Assembly (NCBI GenBank): GCA_035529595.1
Contig: DATKWK010000023.1
Location: 206,961-270,960, forward strand
From: Candidatus Bathyarchaeia archaeon
Lineage (GTDB): Bacteria > Patescibacteriota > Microgenomatia > PFEM01 > JAFGMK01
DNA length: 64,000 nt
Reading direction: 5' to 3'
The notes beneath the pieces were generated by a model. That model was not told where the DNA came from. It saw nothing but the letters and a program-made list of their open reading frames with translations, and made no database searches. Both the position numbers and the translations under genes were made by a program. Below, piece by piece: positions 28,406-38,225 of this stretch (its first letter is position 1; each line of letters opens with the position of its first letter).

Positions 28406-30415
28406 CTAGTATAGTCTCTGGGATCTTGCATACGCAAGAATCTTTCCGGCCATTCGTCTGCTAATTGGCACTCCCAGTCCCCCATAGCCGCCCGTAATGT
28501 TAGTTTTACTAGAGCCGGGTGGACTAATCCTGATAACAGGATAGGTATAAACAGTACCGATTGACTGAGGATCTAAATCAAATCTTACTTCTACTGTCTG
28601 TAATTCATGCCTACCGTCTGGTTTCTCTACAAACATAACCGTGGTTGTGCTGTTGTCCAGCTCAATGACCTCTTGGATTAGGCAGTTTTGCCGATTAAGT
28701 GAATTTTCGATTAAAATCGACCAAACACGATCATAGAGTGATTCTAGTTGATCGGTTTCTATTCTGGCTGATCGTTCCGCTATGCCTTGCCTGATGACTA
28801 ATTGGGCTATCTCTGCAGGCGATTTTCCGCTTTCGCCTGGTGTTAAAGCACGCCCAGTGATTAAATCTTGCCTGAAAACACCATTATGCCAGGCGTCAGT
28901 AAACTCTGCCCTGCTCATTCCTGTAATAGTCGTAAGATCATCGTTTTCCATAGCGATATAATCTTCGTAATCAAGCTCATCCAAATTAATTGATCTGCCG
29001 ACATGGACACTGGTTCCGGAATGTCCCGCTAAAGAATCTCTTTTAAGAACCCAAGCTTGTCTATTATTTTCGATAGTATCGATCTCAGTATCGTTTAGAC
29101 AAAGGCTTCGGTAGCTCTCATCGCCGGGATAGAGACCGTCGTTTTGCCTCCGGAGCATGTTAGCTTGGGGAATGCATCTTTCAAGAATATTTTTTATTCC
29201 TTCAACGCCCATGTCCTTGACCGCCCGGGATAGCGAGAGATCGTGGCTAAGTTGATCATGGGCTAGAATTCTAGAGACTGTTTCCCAGACCCCAAAACGG
29301 TCTAAGTAATCTTGATTCCCAAGCATTACGTCCATTTTCTTGTCGGTTGAATAAGAATTAAAAGGATTTACTACTTGTTGTGTTGCTAGTTTTAAGAATC
29401 TCTGCCAGATAGTCTCTTTGCCATCGCTACATAATTTTTGATCGGTATCATCTTTGAAATTCTGCCATAAATCCAGATTTTCCATTGCTTCTCCGTGTAA
29501 TCGTCTGATTATGCTGACTTCTATTATTTCATCCGATTCTGTGGATTGACAAATAACTAAATAGTAGGGTTCTCTTTGAGGTAAGCTAATTTCTTTAATA
29601 TCCACGATGTCTCTTGGGTCAAAGGCAAGAGCCTGCTGATGATATCTGCCCTGATATCTTTGAGCTGTTTGATTAGCTTCAAGACCGGATAAAGAGCTTC
29701 TTTCTCTCCAGGCCAGATAACCAACTATCGGGTAATCCTTTCTACTCGTCGCCAAACGATATCGGGTGATCATTATTCTCATTATCTGCTCGTCGCTATG
29801 GGGAGCGATTTTTATTCTTTGATCTTCGGATAACTGAAGGCAGAGACCTAATATCTCTTCAACTGTTCGAAGAGCATCGGACACTATTATGTCACCCTGT
29901 GGTTCGCCGCCATTGTTTTCCATCCAGTAAGAAGCACCGCTATTTAAATCAGTATATGTATCTCCTCTCCATCGATGCTGACTTTTTGTCGGAAAAAAAG
30001 GTTGCGAGCGCATAATCTCCCGCGTCAATTGATCAACACCAGCCTCAAAGAAATTTCTTAAGTCTTCATCTTTACTCATTTTCATTAAAATAGCAGCTCG
30101 AACAAGATTGGTTGCTTGAGTATTAAGACCAAGCCCTCTTTCACTTTCTTCAGGAATGATAGTAGGTACAAGGGGGACATTAATTCGTCTGGTAACTTGG
30201 TGTGTTGTTGGATTTTCGAGGAATAGGCTTCTCTCTTGGTAATCCTGCAGAATCCGAAGCGCACCCTCTCGTCTTTTTTGGTCGGAAAGACAATGGGCAA
30301 TAAAGCGGCACATCTCTGACTGTAATTCTTGGAGAGTTAAGGATTCCAGTCTTTCCCGTTCTTGTTCAAAGACGGGGCTTTGAATTTCTAGTTCTTTTCC
30401 AGAATGCAAGACCAT
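28406..30415 (-). CDS. Circularly permuted ATP-grasp ligase-like protein
   Basis: RWRGD...WMENNGGEPQG, VVNP...DKK, NRQAWVLK...G.SV.VG, LIQEVI, DL.P...RISPPG..TNITGG. Confidence 0.65.
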   Translation of the reverse strand: MVLHSGKELEIQSPVFEQERERLESLTLQELQSEMCRFIAHCLSDQKRREGALRILQDYQERSLFLENPTTHQVTRRINVPLVPTIIPEESERGLGLNTQATNLVRAAILMKMSKDEDLRNFFEAGVDQLTREIMRSQPFFPTKSQHRWRGDTYTDLNSGASYWMENNGGEPQGDIIVSDALRTVEEILGLCLQLSEDQRIKIAPHSDEQIMRIMITRYRLATSRKDYPIVGYLAWRERSSLSGLEANQTAQRYQGRYHQQALAFDPRDIVDIKEISLPQREPYYLVICQSTESDEIIEVSIIRRLHGEAMENLDLWQNFKDDTDQKLCSDGKETIWQRFLKLATQQVVNPFNSYSTDKKMDVMLGNQDYLDRFGVWETVSRILAHDQLSHDLSLSRAVKDMGVEGIKNILERCIPQANMLRRQNDGLYPGDESYRSLCLNDTEIDTIENNRQAWVLKRDSLAGHSGTSVHVGRSINLDELDYEDYIAMENDDLTTITGMSRAEFTDAWHNGVFRQDLITGRALTPGESGKSPAEIAQLVIRQGIAERSARIETDQLESLYDRVWSILIENSLNRQNCLIQEVIELDNSTTTVMFVEKPDGRHELQTVEVRFDLDPQSIGTVYTYPVIRISPPGSSKTNITGGYGGLGVPISRRMAGKILAYARSQRLY

Positions 30416-30426
30416 TTTTTTGAAAT

Positions 30427-30453
30427 AAAAAAACCTCCCTGATTTGGGAGGTT
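30427..30453 (-). terminator. Attenuator terminator of the Ile/Leu-rich leader
   Basis: AACCTCCC-AAATCA-GGGAGGTT plus U-tract, immediately before the ATG at 30415. Confidence 0.8.
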
Positions 30454-30519
30454 CCCTGTTAATACTTTTTACTTTTTAGATTTTACTTTTTATTTTCCAT
30501 TTTCCTCCCAAACCAGCGA

Positions 30520-30570
30520 TTACCTTGCAATAAGGCTAATAATAATGCTGTTAAGGAGGGTTCTGTGCAT
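30520..30570 (-). CDS. Ile/Leu-rich leader peptide MHRTLLNSIIISLIAR
   Basis: AAGAGGA RBS; ATT ATT ATT run; promoter TTGACA-18-CATAAT (30630-30601); downstream TTTGGGAGG (30512-30504) is complementary to the terminator 5' arm CCTCCCAAA. Confidence 0.75.
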   Translation of the reverse strand: MHRTLLNSIIISLIAR

Positions 30571-30660
30571 AATAATTCCTCTTTCTATTGTTGAGCCCAT
30601 ATTATGGAAACATCACTAATAATATGTCAAGAGTCAGTTTAACTGACTTTGATCCTGAAC

Positions 30661-31266
30661 TTATCCTGTTTGGGTAGACATATAGCGTTCTTGGGAAAGC
30701 ATAAACTGGGTGCCGGATTTTCGGACCTGGCCCCAATAATAGTTGCGTTTTTTGCTTTTCTGGTTACATAGTGCCAACCAATGACGCGATTCGCTAATAT
30801 TCTTGCGCATAAAAATGATAAACTCGCGTAGTTTTTCAAGAAATGTCAGGTGATAGACGCCAGGTTCCAGCGGCGCCTGCATAGCGGCAATTTTTACTTC
30901 CTTAGCCAGCTCCTGCGTCCCTTGAACTAGTTTGATTAATTCACTTCGAATGGCTTGAATTTGAAGTTTAACTTCCTCCTCCGCCTTCTTAAAAATGACT
31001 CTTTCCTGGGTGCGGATATTGGTAAAGTCCTGGCCTGACCATTTAAATTTTTCTTTTCTTTCAAAATCGGAGGCGAATTTTTCAGATGAAGATTCACTAC
31101 CGGAAAAAGAGCTTTGAGGGGAACGGCCGAACATTTGGTCAAATGAATTCTTGGTTACACCACCTAAGACGTCTTTTTTCACTGACTGACCAAATCCGGA
31201 ACCGATGTCCTTTAAAGATTCCAAAAAATTGCGTTTAATAATTTTCTTTTTCTTTATGTCGTCCAT
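30661..31266 (-). CDS. Conserved CPR hypothetical protein (DUF5660-like)
   Basis: PGVYHLTFLEKL...WL...YWG...GTQFMLSQER..TQTG. Confidence 0.7.
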   Translation of the reverse strand: MDDIKKKKIIKRNFLESLKDIGSGFGQSVKKDVLGGVTKNSFDQMFGRSPQSSFSGSESSSEKFASDFERKEKFKWSGQDFTNIRTQERVIFKKAEEEVKLQIQAIRSELIKLVQGTQELAKEVKIAAMQAPLEPGVYHLTFLEKLREFIIFMRKNISESRHWLALCNQKSKKRNYYWGQVRKSGTQFMLSQERYMSTQTG

Positions 31267-31308
31267 TTTTGAAGCCTTAAGTCAGCTTTAAATTTGTGAC
31301 CTATAATA

Positions 31309-32223
31309 CTATATTTTGGACAGGATGTCAATAGCTTTTCTCTTCCGTAAAATCTGTCTGATGTAAGCTTTTTCGGTGGCAGTTTGGAAATTTTTTTGGA
31401 TCTTTTCGTTACCGGTAGCCTTAATCATCTCATCAACTTCCTGATCACTGACTTGGATATTTTCTCGATTGGCAATTTCGGAGAGAATCAATTCCAGCTT
31501 AAGTGATTCTTCCGCCTGCGTACGATATTCTCCTTTTAATTGTTCCAGAGTTTTGCCGATCGAAGCTAAATACTGTTCAACGGTAATTCCTAAGCGCGCC
31601 GTTTGATCAATCAGTCGCGAAAGCATTCGGGTAATTTCCTGCTCGAGTAAGATTTCCGGTAAGCTGATATTCACCGTTTTTATTAAAATAGAAAAAATCC
31701 GGGAAAGCTTTTTATCATCAGGCTGACCTTCTTTTTTGTCAACATTCGGATCTTTTCCCGGAACCCAGATCTTCTCAGGCGCTAAGGTCTTTCTGATTTC
31801 TTCTTTATAATCTTTCAGTTCAACCGGGGGTAATTCGGCTACAATCGCCTTCAAGGTCCAGTCTTGTCCTTCTTTGGAGTCAATCAGATTAAACTTGGGG
31901 TTAACCACCGGACTCAGTTTGTGAGTTTTAATTGCTTCCAGATAGACATCAGTCAATAAGTTCTTGATCATTTCCTGATAGATCTTACTCTTGCCGATTG
32001 TCTTTTCAACCAGTTTTTCCGGTGCTTTCCCCGGTCGAAAACCTTTAATTTTGGCGTCTTTAGTAAATTGTCCAAGAGTGATGTTGTAGCTTTCAGCAAC
32101 AGCATCCCAGGGGATAGTAATGGTGATTTCAACATTGCCGTTTTTAAGGCGTTCGACTTTGCTCTGGGAAAGGGATTTAGTCGCTGTTTTCTGCGGTTTT
32201 TCTCCCTGGTTGTCTTTTTTCAT
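31309..32223 (-). CDS. tig: Trigger factor lacking the FKBP domain
   Basis: KGFRPGKAP ribosome-binding motif joined directly to the C-terminal chaperone domain; 304 aa. Confidence 0.88.
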   Translation of the reverse strand: MKKDNQGEKPQKTATKSLSQSKVERLKNGNVEITITIPWDAVAESYNITLGQFTKDAKIKGFRPGKAPEKLVEKTIGKSKIYQEMIKNLLTDVYLEAIKTHKLSPVVNPKFNLIDSKEGQDWTLKAIVAELPPVELKDYKEEIRKTLAPEKIWVPGKDPNVDKKEGQPDDKKLSRIFSILIKTVNISLPEILLEQEITRMLSRLIDQTARLGITVEQYLASIGKTLEQLKGEYRTQAEESLKLELILSEIANRENIQVSDQEVDEMIKATGNEKIQKNFQTATEKAYIRQILRKRKAIDILSKI

Positions 32224-32256
32224 TGGCGGAAGTATAACACTTTGAAGACAAAAATA

Positions 32257-33408
32257 TCAAATTGAAACTTCCGAAATTTCTATTTTCTCAATTATTGATT
32301 TAAGTAGTTTTTCGACGTTGAATTTTTGCTCCTCTCGTCTGATATCTTCGATTTTTGTTTTTGTAGCCGGATGCTTGGGAATAAAAAGAGAACAGCAATC
32401 TTGCTGGGGTTGAATCGAGATGGGATAGGTACCGATTTTTTCGCCGAGATTGATTATCTCCTGCTTATCATGGCCAATAAGAGGTCGGTATATCGGTAGG
32501 TTAATACCAGCGCTAATAGTAGCCATGTTTTCCAGTGTTTGACTGGCAACCTGCCCGAGGCTTTCCCCGGTAACCAGACCCAAATATTTTTCTTTACCAG
32601 CAATTGCTTGGGCAACCTTAAGCATTGCTCGTCGATAAACAACGACCAAAAAACGGTGGTCAATCTTTTTAAAAGCTTCCTCTTGGAAGTTTAAAAAGGG
32701 CGCTAAGTAAAGTTTTGACCTGAATTGGAAATTATTCAGATGCTTGATAATTTGCCTGGTTTTTTCAATTGAGACTTGATTGGTCCTTGGATAACTATGA
32801 AAGTGAATAAAGTGAACTAAAGCGCCTCTTTTAATCATCTGGTAAGCAGCTACCGGTGAATCAATTCCTCCGGAGATCAAACACAAAAGTAAACCGGCTG
32901 TCCCAACGGGTAATCCTCCGGGGCCTTGATTTTTAGCAAAATAAACAAAGGCCTTTTTAGAACCAATCTCGATATTGATATCCAATTCAGGTTGATTTAA
33001 GTTAACCTTAACGCCCATGTTATCAACTATCAATTGACCGATTATTTGATTAATTAAGGGACTGGTCAACTTAAAATTTTTATCAGACCGGCGGGCGCTA
33101 ATCTTGAAGGAAGCAAATTTTTTCTTTTTAATTAACCGAAGGACATCTTTTTTAATCCTTGCCATATCTTTGCTAATCTGCCAAGCAAGCGAAAAATTGG
33201 CGATGCCTAAAACTTGATTAAGTATCGGCTTCAGCCTGGTGAATTCGTTTTCATTATCAAGGATAATAACCAGGCGGCCAAAATCGCAGGTTACTTTATT
33301 CTCCTTGGTAAATTTCCTGATGTTTTCGGTCAGTACTTTTTCAAAAAAAGGCCGGTTTTTACCCTTAAGGGAAATTTCGTGATAATGAATAATAACAACC
33401 GGGGTCAT
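32257..33408 (-). CDS. thiI: tRNA 4-thiouridine synthase ThiI
   Basis: EISLKGKNR, THUMP domain, SGGIDSPVA PP-loop, GESLGQVASQTL, DCC. Confidence 0.95.
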   Translation of the reverse strand: MTPVVIIHYHEISLKGKNRPFFEKVLTENIRKFTKENKVTCDFGRLVIILDNENEFTRLKPILNQVLGIANFSLAWQISKDMARIKKDVLRLIKKKKFASFKISARRSDKNFKLTSPLINQIIGQLIVDNMGVKVNLNQPELDINIEIGSKKAFVYFAKNQGPGGLPVGTAGLLLCLISGGIDSPVAAYQMIKRGALVHFIHFHSYPRTNQVSIEKTRQIIKHLNNFQFRSKLYLAPFLNFQEEAFKKIDHRFLVVVYRRAMLKVAQAIAGKEKYLGLVTGESLGQVASQTLENMATISAGINLPIYRPLIGHDKQEIINLGEKIGTYPISIQPQQDCCSLFIPKHPATKTKIEDIRREEQKFNVEKLLKSIIEKIEISEVSI

Positions 33409-33441
33409 GCGTCGGGTTAATAATTGATAGCTGGATGGTTT

Positions 33442-33579
33442 TTAAGCGCGGTGTTGGGTAACCGGAATTTTTCTTCTTTGGTCAATTGCCGGATTTCTGC
33501 GTTGGAGGTTACGTCTAAATGCATTCGGATTTTGATACTTAGTCGGACCTTTCTTTGACGCACTCTTTTTTTCAGTCAT
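33442..33579 (-). CDS. Small basic protein (45 aa, absent from ORF track)
   Basis: MTEKKSASKKGPTKYQNPNAFRRNLQRRNPAIDQRRKIPVTQHRA, just downstream of a TTGACA...TAAAAT promoter. Confidence 0.5.
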   Translation of the reverse strand: MTEKKSASKKGPTKYQNPNAFRRNLQRRNPAIDQRRKIPVTQHRA

Positions 33580-33658
33580 GACGATAATATTTTAACACAA
33601 TCTGAAACGGGTTTGTCAACTTGGATTGATATATTCCGGGTGGATGAGGGCCCACTTC

Positions 33659-34108
33659 TCAAGTTTCGCCTTCGGATTTATAAGATTCCCCGGCGTTGAA
33701 AAGACTGATTAAGTCCGGCTCCTCAAAAATATTACCGATTTTTTTTACTGAAGAAAGTCTTAATGCCGTTAAGGGAGTTTTTGTCACTTCTTCGATAAAT
33801 TGACCTCTCTCTTTGTCCCAGCGTATCAAGCCAAGCCATTTCCGGCCGGTAAAAAAATCATATTCTTCAATTATATCTCCATCATAAAGCGGGTCATTTT
33901 GCCGATCATACCTTTCGGCAAAGCGAATTGTTTTCAAATCCTCGTCCATTTCTGCTTTGATTCTTTTTTTCGTTACACCGTAAGGATAGGTAGAGACGGT
34001 CTTATCGAGGTATTCTAAAATTACATATCTTTTTTCGTTGTCACGGACGATCACGTCGCAAATCTGTCTGAGTTGTCGATGATAAACTTTGTAACGTATC
34101 ATATGCAT
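33659..34108 (-). CDS. YopX-family protein
   Basis: D...LYDGDII...IGNIFEEPDLI C-terminal signature. Confidence 0.7.
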   Translation of the reverse strand: MHMIRYKVYHRQLRQICDVIVRDNEKRYVILEYLDKTVSTYPYGVTKKRIKAEMDEDLKTIRFAERYDRQNDPLYDGDIIEEYDFFTGRKWLGLIRWDKERGQFIEEVTKTPLTALRLSSVKKIGNIFEEPDLISLFNAGESYKSEGET

Positions 34109-34261
34109 TGTTTTACTCCCACAACATGTCCTGAAAATAATTATTCGTCTGGAATTAAAAGAACATTAATATACCAAATGTAAATTAACTTTTCAAGAGG
34201 TAAATTAAAGAAGTTCATTATAACGGGTATCGATTACAACGGAAAAAATTCTGATTATTCT

Positions 34262-35155
34262 TCAGAGGTAACCTTTTAAAAAAGATACCCAAAGATCGGC
34301 AATATTACGACTATACCCGCCGGCGAACATGATTGCTAATTTGGAAAAATTTTTAAATCTGGCGCCGATCTTCCTAAAAGAGTCAATTTCCAGCTTAATG
34401 TGAGCCAAAGGGTCTTTCTTATAGGTATCGACACCGAGAACGAGCACAATTAAATTAGGATAGTATTTACTAGCCAGAGGAATAACCAGGTCAAGAGCCT
34501 TCAAATACTTTTTTTCTCCGGTCCCGGGCGATAAAATAGCATTGAGGTTATAGCCTTCACCTACTCCGACGCCTTTTTCTTCAGCATAGCCAATTCCCGG
34601 ATAGGTGGTTGACGGATCTTGATGAAGGGAAATAGTAAAAACCGTCGCTTCATTGTAAAAAATTTCCTGAGTGCCTTGTCCTGCATGAACATCCAAATCA
34701 TAAATCATTGCCTTTTTAATTTTACCTTCTTTTTGGAGCTTGCGCACAGCAATAGCGTGATCGTTAAAAATACAGAAACCGGAACTACTGTAAATTCCGG
34801 CATGATGAAAACCGCCCATCAGATTAATCACTTTTTCTCCATCGAGGGCAAGCTCTGTGGTTTTAATCGAGCCGCCGACTGAGAAATAAGCCGCTTCGAG
34901 AATTTCGTTGTTAAGAGGAGTATCCGCTGATAAGAAACTACTCGCCGCAGCTAGTTTTTTGACTTTTTGCAAGTAATGGATATCATGAACAAGAAGAATG
35001 TCCTTGTCCCTTGCCTTTGGCGGTACGATAACTTCGTATTTGATACCTAATCTTTTTAACTTATCAAAAAAAACCAGGCTTCTTTCTGATTTCCAAGGAT
35101 GGTTTGGGCCAAAATCATATTTTAAATATTTTTCATGAAAGACTAATTTAAGCAT
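34262..35155 (-). CDS. Histone-deacetylase/AcuC-family deacylase
   Basis: GGFHHA, GFCIFND, DLDVHAGQGT, GVDT..DPL, GGY; start at MLKLVF. Confidence 0.9.
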   Translation of the reverse strand: MLKLVFHEKYLKYDFGPNHPWKSERSLVFFDKLKRLGIKYEVIVPPKARDKDILLVHDIHYLQKVKKLAAASSFLSADTPLNNEILEAAYFSVGGSIKTTELALDGEKVINLMGGFHHAGIYSSSGFCIFNDHAIAVRKLQKEGKIKKAMIYDLDVHAGQGTQEIFYNEATVFTISLHQDPSTTYPGIGYAEEKGVGVGEGYNLNAILSPGTGEKKYLKALDLVIPLASKYYPNLIVLVLGVDTYKKDPLAHIKLEIDSFRKIGARFKNFSKLAIMFAGGYSRNIADLWVSFLKGYL

Positions 35156-35166
35156 CTTGGCGTTTT

Positions 35167-35817
35167 TTAAAAGCGGGCTATTAAAAGCGGATTGACTTCC
35201 TTGTCTTCGATAGTATGCCATTTTTGGTACGAAGCAGCGATTTTGAACGGATAGTGTTCGGGGTGGGTATAAAGGCAAACCGCTTCTTCAATCTCATTTT
35301 TAACCAAATTGAGACCGCGGTGGGAAGCAGCAGGAATAGCCACAATGATTTTTTTCGGACCTCTTTTTTTGATCGCTCTAATAGCCACCAGCATGGTGTA
35401 ACCGGTAGCCAAACCATCATCAACAATGAGCGCGGTTTTAAAAAATAAATTTACGGGTAGCCGGTTTTGGATAATCGCCTCTTTTCTTTTTTTTAGAAGG
35501 GAAAATGCCTCTTTGATAATTAATTCTGTTTCTTTGGAATTTAAGCTAAGATTTTTGATTGCCTCTTGATTTAATAGGATAGTGCCGTCAAAACTTACCG
35601 CGCCAAAGCCGAACTCGGGTTTACCCGGATAATGGAGCTTATGCACCAGCAGAATATCAAGTGGGCAACTGTATTTCTTGACGATTTCGGCGGCTATCGG
35701 GACTCCGCCATTAAGAATAGGAAGAACTACCAAGCGCTCTTGGCTTAAAAAAGTTAGTTTTTCCGCTAGCCTATTTCCCGCGTCGGTTCGGTCAATGAAA
35801 AAAGGATACTGGTCCAT
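35167..35817 (-). CDS. Phosphoribosyltransferase family protein
   Basis: F.DR.DAG..LA, GGVP, IVDDGLATG PRPP-binding motif. Confidence 0.88.
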   Translation of the reverse strand: MDQYPFFIDRTDAGNRLAEKLTFLSQERLVVLPILNGGVPIAAEIVKKYSCPLDILLVHKLHYPGKPEFGFGAVSFDGTILLNQEAIKNLSLNSKETELIIKEAFSLLKKRKEAIIQNRLPVNLFFKTALIVDDGLATGYTMLVAIRAIKKRGPKKIIVAIPAASHRGLNLVKNEIEEAVCLYTHPEHYPFKIAASYQKWHTIEDKEVNPLLIARF

Positions 35818-35825
35818 TTGTTAAA

Positions 35826-36221
35826 TTAAGGCAGCTTTAGCTCTTGGCTGATTTCTTCCGATTCCAGGTCAAGTTGAGACAGATCCGTTTCCTTCAGATC
35901 ATTTTCGATAACTGATATTTCGTCAGATTCCGCTTCGGGTTGTTGCTGGTCATTAACCTGAATTATAGTCGGAGTTGGAGTATTCACCGGGGGTACCGGC
36001 CGGTAGAAATCTTGGCTCGTTTTATGTCTTAATTTTTGATTAGAGGACCAGAGAAAAAGCGTTATTATCAGCGAGATTAATCCGACTAAAAAGAAAAGGT
36101 ACCAAAAGTTATCAAAAGAGCTACCTTTTTTTTGTTCTATCGCCGGATTTGAAGTCTTGATGGCGCTTGATTTTTCTTGATAATCTTCGATTACGCTTTC
36201 TACTTTGATCTGCGGTTCCAT
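35826..36221 (-). CDS. Single-TM hypothetical protein
   Basis: TM helix, PT linker, acidic tail. Confidence 0.6.
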   Translation of the reverse strand: MEPQIKVESVIEDYQEKSSAIKTSNPAIEQKKGSSFDNFWYLFFLVGLISLIITLFLWSSNQKLRHKTSQDFYRPVPPVNTPTPTIIQVNDQQQPEAESDEISVIENDLKETDLSQLDLESEEISQELKLP

Positions 36222-36224
36222 AGT

Positions 36225-36947
36225 TTATTCACTTTCTGTGCTTGGATTGACTGTTTCCAACAAACTTTTTAGGTCTTGAACAATTTCCATTAATAACTGC
36301 CTGATTTCAATCAGATTATTTTTTACTTCCTTCAGCAAGTCAACGACTAAAGCAAAATCTTCTTCAGGTTTTTCACTTTTTAGAATTATATCCAAACTGG
36401 CCTTTGTTTTCTGAATGGCGTTCTCAAGTTCAATAATTTTTTCCCGGGCTAGGTTAATTCTTTCTCTAATCTCTCCGGTATTGGCATTTGGATTGTTGTC
36501 TTCGATTTTAACCAGCCTTGACTCAATTTTTAAAAGTATGTTTCTGATTTTAAGAGTGGCGTGCTCGAACCTGTCGATCATTTTGTTAAACAGTTTCTCG
36601 ATTTTGATTCTGGTTTTTTCAGCAATCTTCTTCTGGAAGGCTTCTCTTGATTGAATCTTTTTTTCGAGCGAAGTCACTCTTGTTTCCAGTCTATGTCTGA
36701 ATTCGTTCATCGAATCCAGGTTTACCGAAGTGCTGACGGCAGTGTCTTTCGACTGGAAGACAGAAGGAGTCGCAGTAAAAGTAATTTCATCTTGAAATGT
36801 TTTTTTTGAGATAGTAGAAAGAGTTGCTTCCTGCTTATCTTTTGCTTGGCAGGAACAGTCGGTTAACAAAGAAAATTTAAAGCCGGTCAGCTTGCTTAAT
36901 ACCAAAGACAGACATAAGACTATAAATAAATATTTCCGTTTTTTCAT
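36225..36947 (-). CDS. Secreted coiled-coil protein
   Basis: Signal peptide followed by long heptad-rich helices. Confidence 0.6.
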   Translation of the reverse strand: MKKRKYLFIVLCLSLVLSKLTGFKFSLLTDCSCQAKDKQEATLSTISKKTFQDEITFTATPSVFQSKDTAVSTSVNLDSMNEFRHRLETRVTSLEKKIQSREAFQKKIAEKTRIKIEKLFNKMIDRFEHATLKIRNILLKIESRLVKIEDNNPNANTGEIRERINLAREKIIELENAIQKTKASLDIILKSEKPEEDFALVVDLLKEVKNNLIEIRQLLMEIVQDLKSLLETVNPSTESE

Positions 36948-36992
36948 TAGAAAATAATCTATTTTTCTAATTCTAACCGAATGATCAATGTT

Positions 36993-37664
36993 TTATAACT
37001 TAATGTAAGTTTCAATAGCCGCTTTTTTTCTCAAGTCTGAAAAAAGACTACTGTAAATTTCATTCATCTTTTGACTTGTTAACATTTGGCGGGCTTCTAA
37101 AGCCAGATCTGCCTCGGTTGTCGCCTCCATCTGGAGGCTGTTTTGTTGAATATAGGCTGCTACTTCCTGGTCGGTGATGGCAACTTTTTTCTTCAAGATC
37201 TTCTCGATTATTAACTGAAGTTTTACACGATAGATAAATTGGTCGTATGAAAGAAATTGTTTTTCTAATTCCTCCATAAGTTTAGTGCGCCCGTCAAACT
37301 CCGTTTCTACGCGTTCGATTTCTGAATCGACCTCTTCCTGACTTACCGATATCTCAAGACTTGAAGCTTCATCTTCGATCAGTTTTTCATTAACAATCTC
37401 GTCAAGAGACCGGGCCAGGTAATTTTGGTAAATACGTATGGCCAAGTCCCAGCTGTAAATCGGATTTCCATTTACGGTAGAAACGACAACTAGCCCCTTG
37501 AATTTAAGCCCTAAAGTAAAAGCGATTAAAATTAACAAAATAAGAAGAATCAAACCTAATGATCTGAAGTGTCTCTTTTTGCTGACGGATTTTTCAAGAC
37601 TAACTTCTAAATTGTTATCTTTCTTAACTGACTTAAGCCGGGTTGTTTTTTTTGTTTCGGGCAT
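36993..37664 (-). CDS. SurA-N/PrsA-like foldase
   Basis: TM anchor, TVNG.PI, L..I..KLI..EA...I.VS.EEVD, LRKKA.I. Confidence 0.75.
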   Translation of the reverse strand: MPETKKTTRLKSVKKDNNLEVSLEKSVSKKRHFRSLGLILLILLILIAFTLGLKFKGLVVVSTVNGNPIYSWDLAIRIYQNYLARSLDEIVNEKLIEDEASSLEISVSQEEVDSEIERVETEFDGRTKLMEELEKQFLSYDQFIYRVKLQLIIEKILKKKVAITDQEVAAYIQQNSLQMEATTEADLALEARQMLTSQKMNEIYSSLFSDLRKKAAIETYIKL

Positions 37665-37891
37665 GGTTATGTTTATTTAATAATAATTGGTCTTCACTAT
37701 AACAAGAGCTTTAATGAAAAGAAATAGGTAAATATAAAGTGTAATTTAACAGCAGTTAATTAGATTGCCCTTTTTGATTTATTTATATTCTTCTATTTAA
37801 ATTGATCCGGCTGAGACCGGTAACGGTTTTAATTGAAAAACTAAGCACGGGCTAGATTTTCTTTTTTCAGCCAGCGATCAAATAAAGCAAA

Positions 37892-38221
37892 CTAGAAAAA
37901 ATGGCTTTGTAATTCTAGGAGTTTTTCACACTTATAGAGCTGACACTGTTTACAGCTTTTAATGTTTTTAGCAAATCCGCATTTTCTAATTTTGCATTGG
38001 TGACAATATAAATATATTGGACCATTAGATAAGCAGCCTTTACAGTTGATGTCTTTAGGATTAACCGGTGGACGGTTCCTATTGTCGGTACGATATCTTT
38101 TCGTCCAATCTTCAGCGGTTTTTTTTCTCAACTTGTCATCATCAGTTTGGGTGGCGATGAAGGCAGCGCAAGCACTGCAATCCAAGCCGCACATAGCGAT
38201 GTATTTTTGGTTTTTTTTCAT
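37892..38221 (-). CDS. DUF3795-like Cys-rich protein
   Basis: CGLDCSAC, CKGC, CKIRKC, CKQC..Y.C. Confidence 0.8.
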   Translation of the reverse strand: MKKNQKYIAMCGLDCSACAAFIATQTDDDKLRKKTAEDWTKRYRTDNRNRPPVNPKDINCKGCLSNGPIYLYCHQCKIRKCGFAKNIKSCKQCQLYKCEKLLELQSHFF

Positions 38222-38225
38222 TTTT

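Noticed and set aside
33659-34108. Prophage suggested by the YopX-like gene
   Set aside because: No structural, terminase or integrase genes in the neighbourhood.
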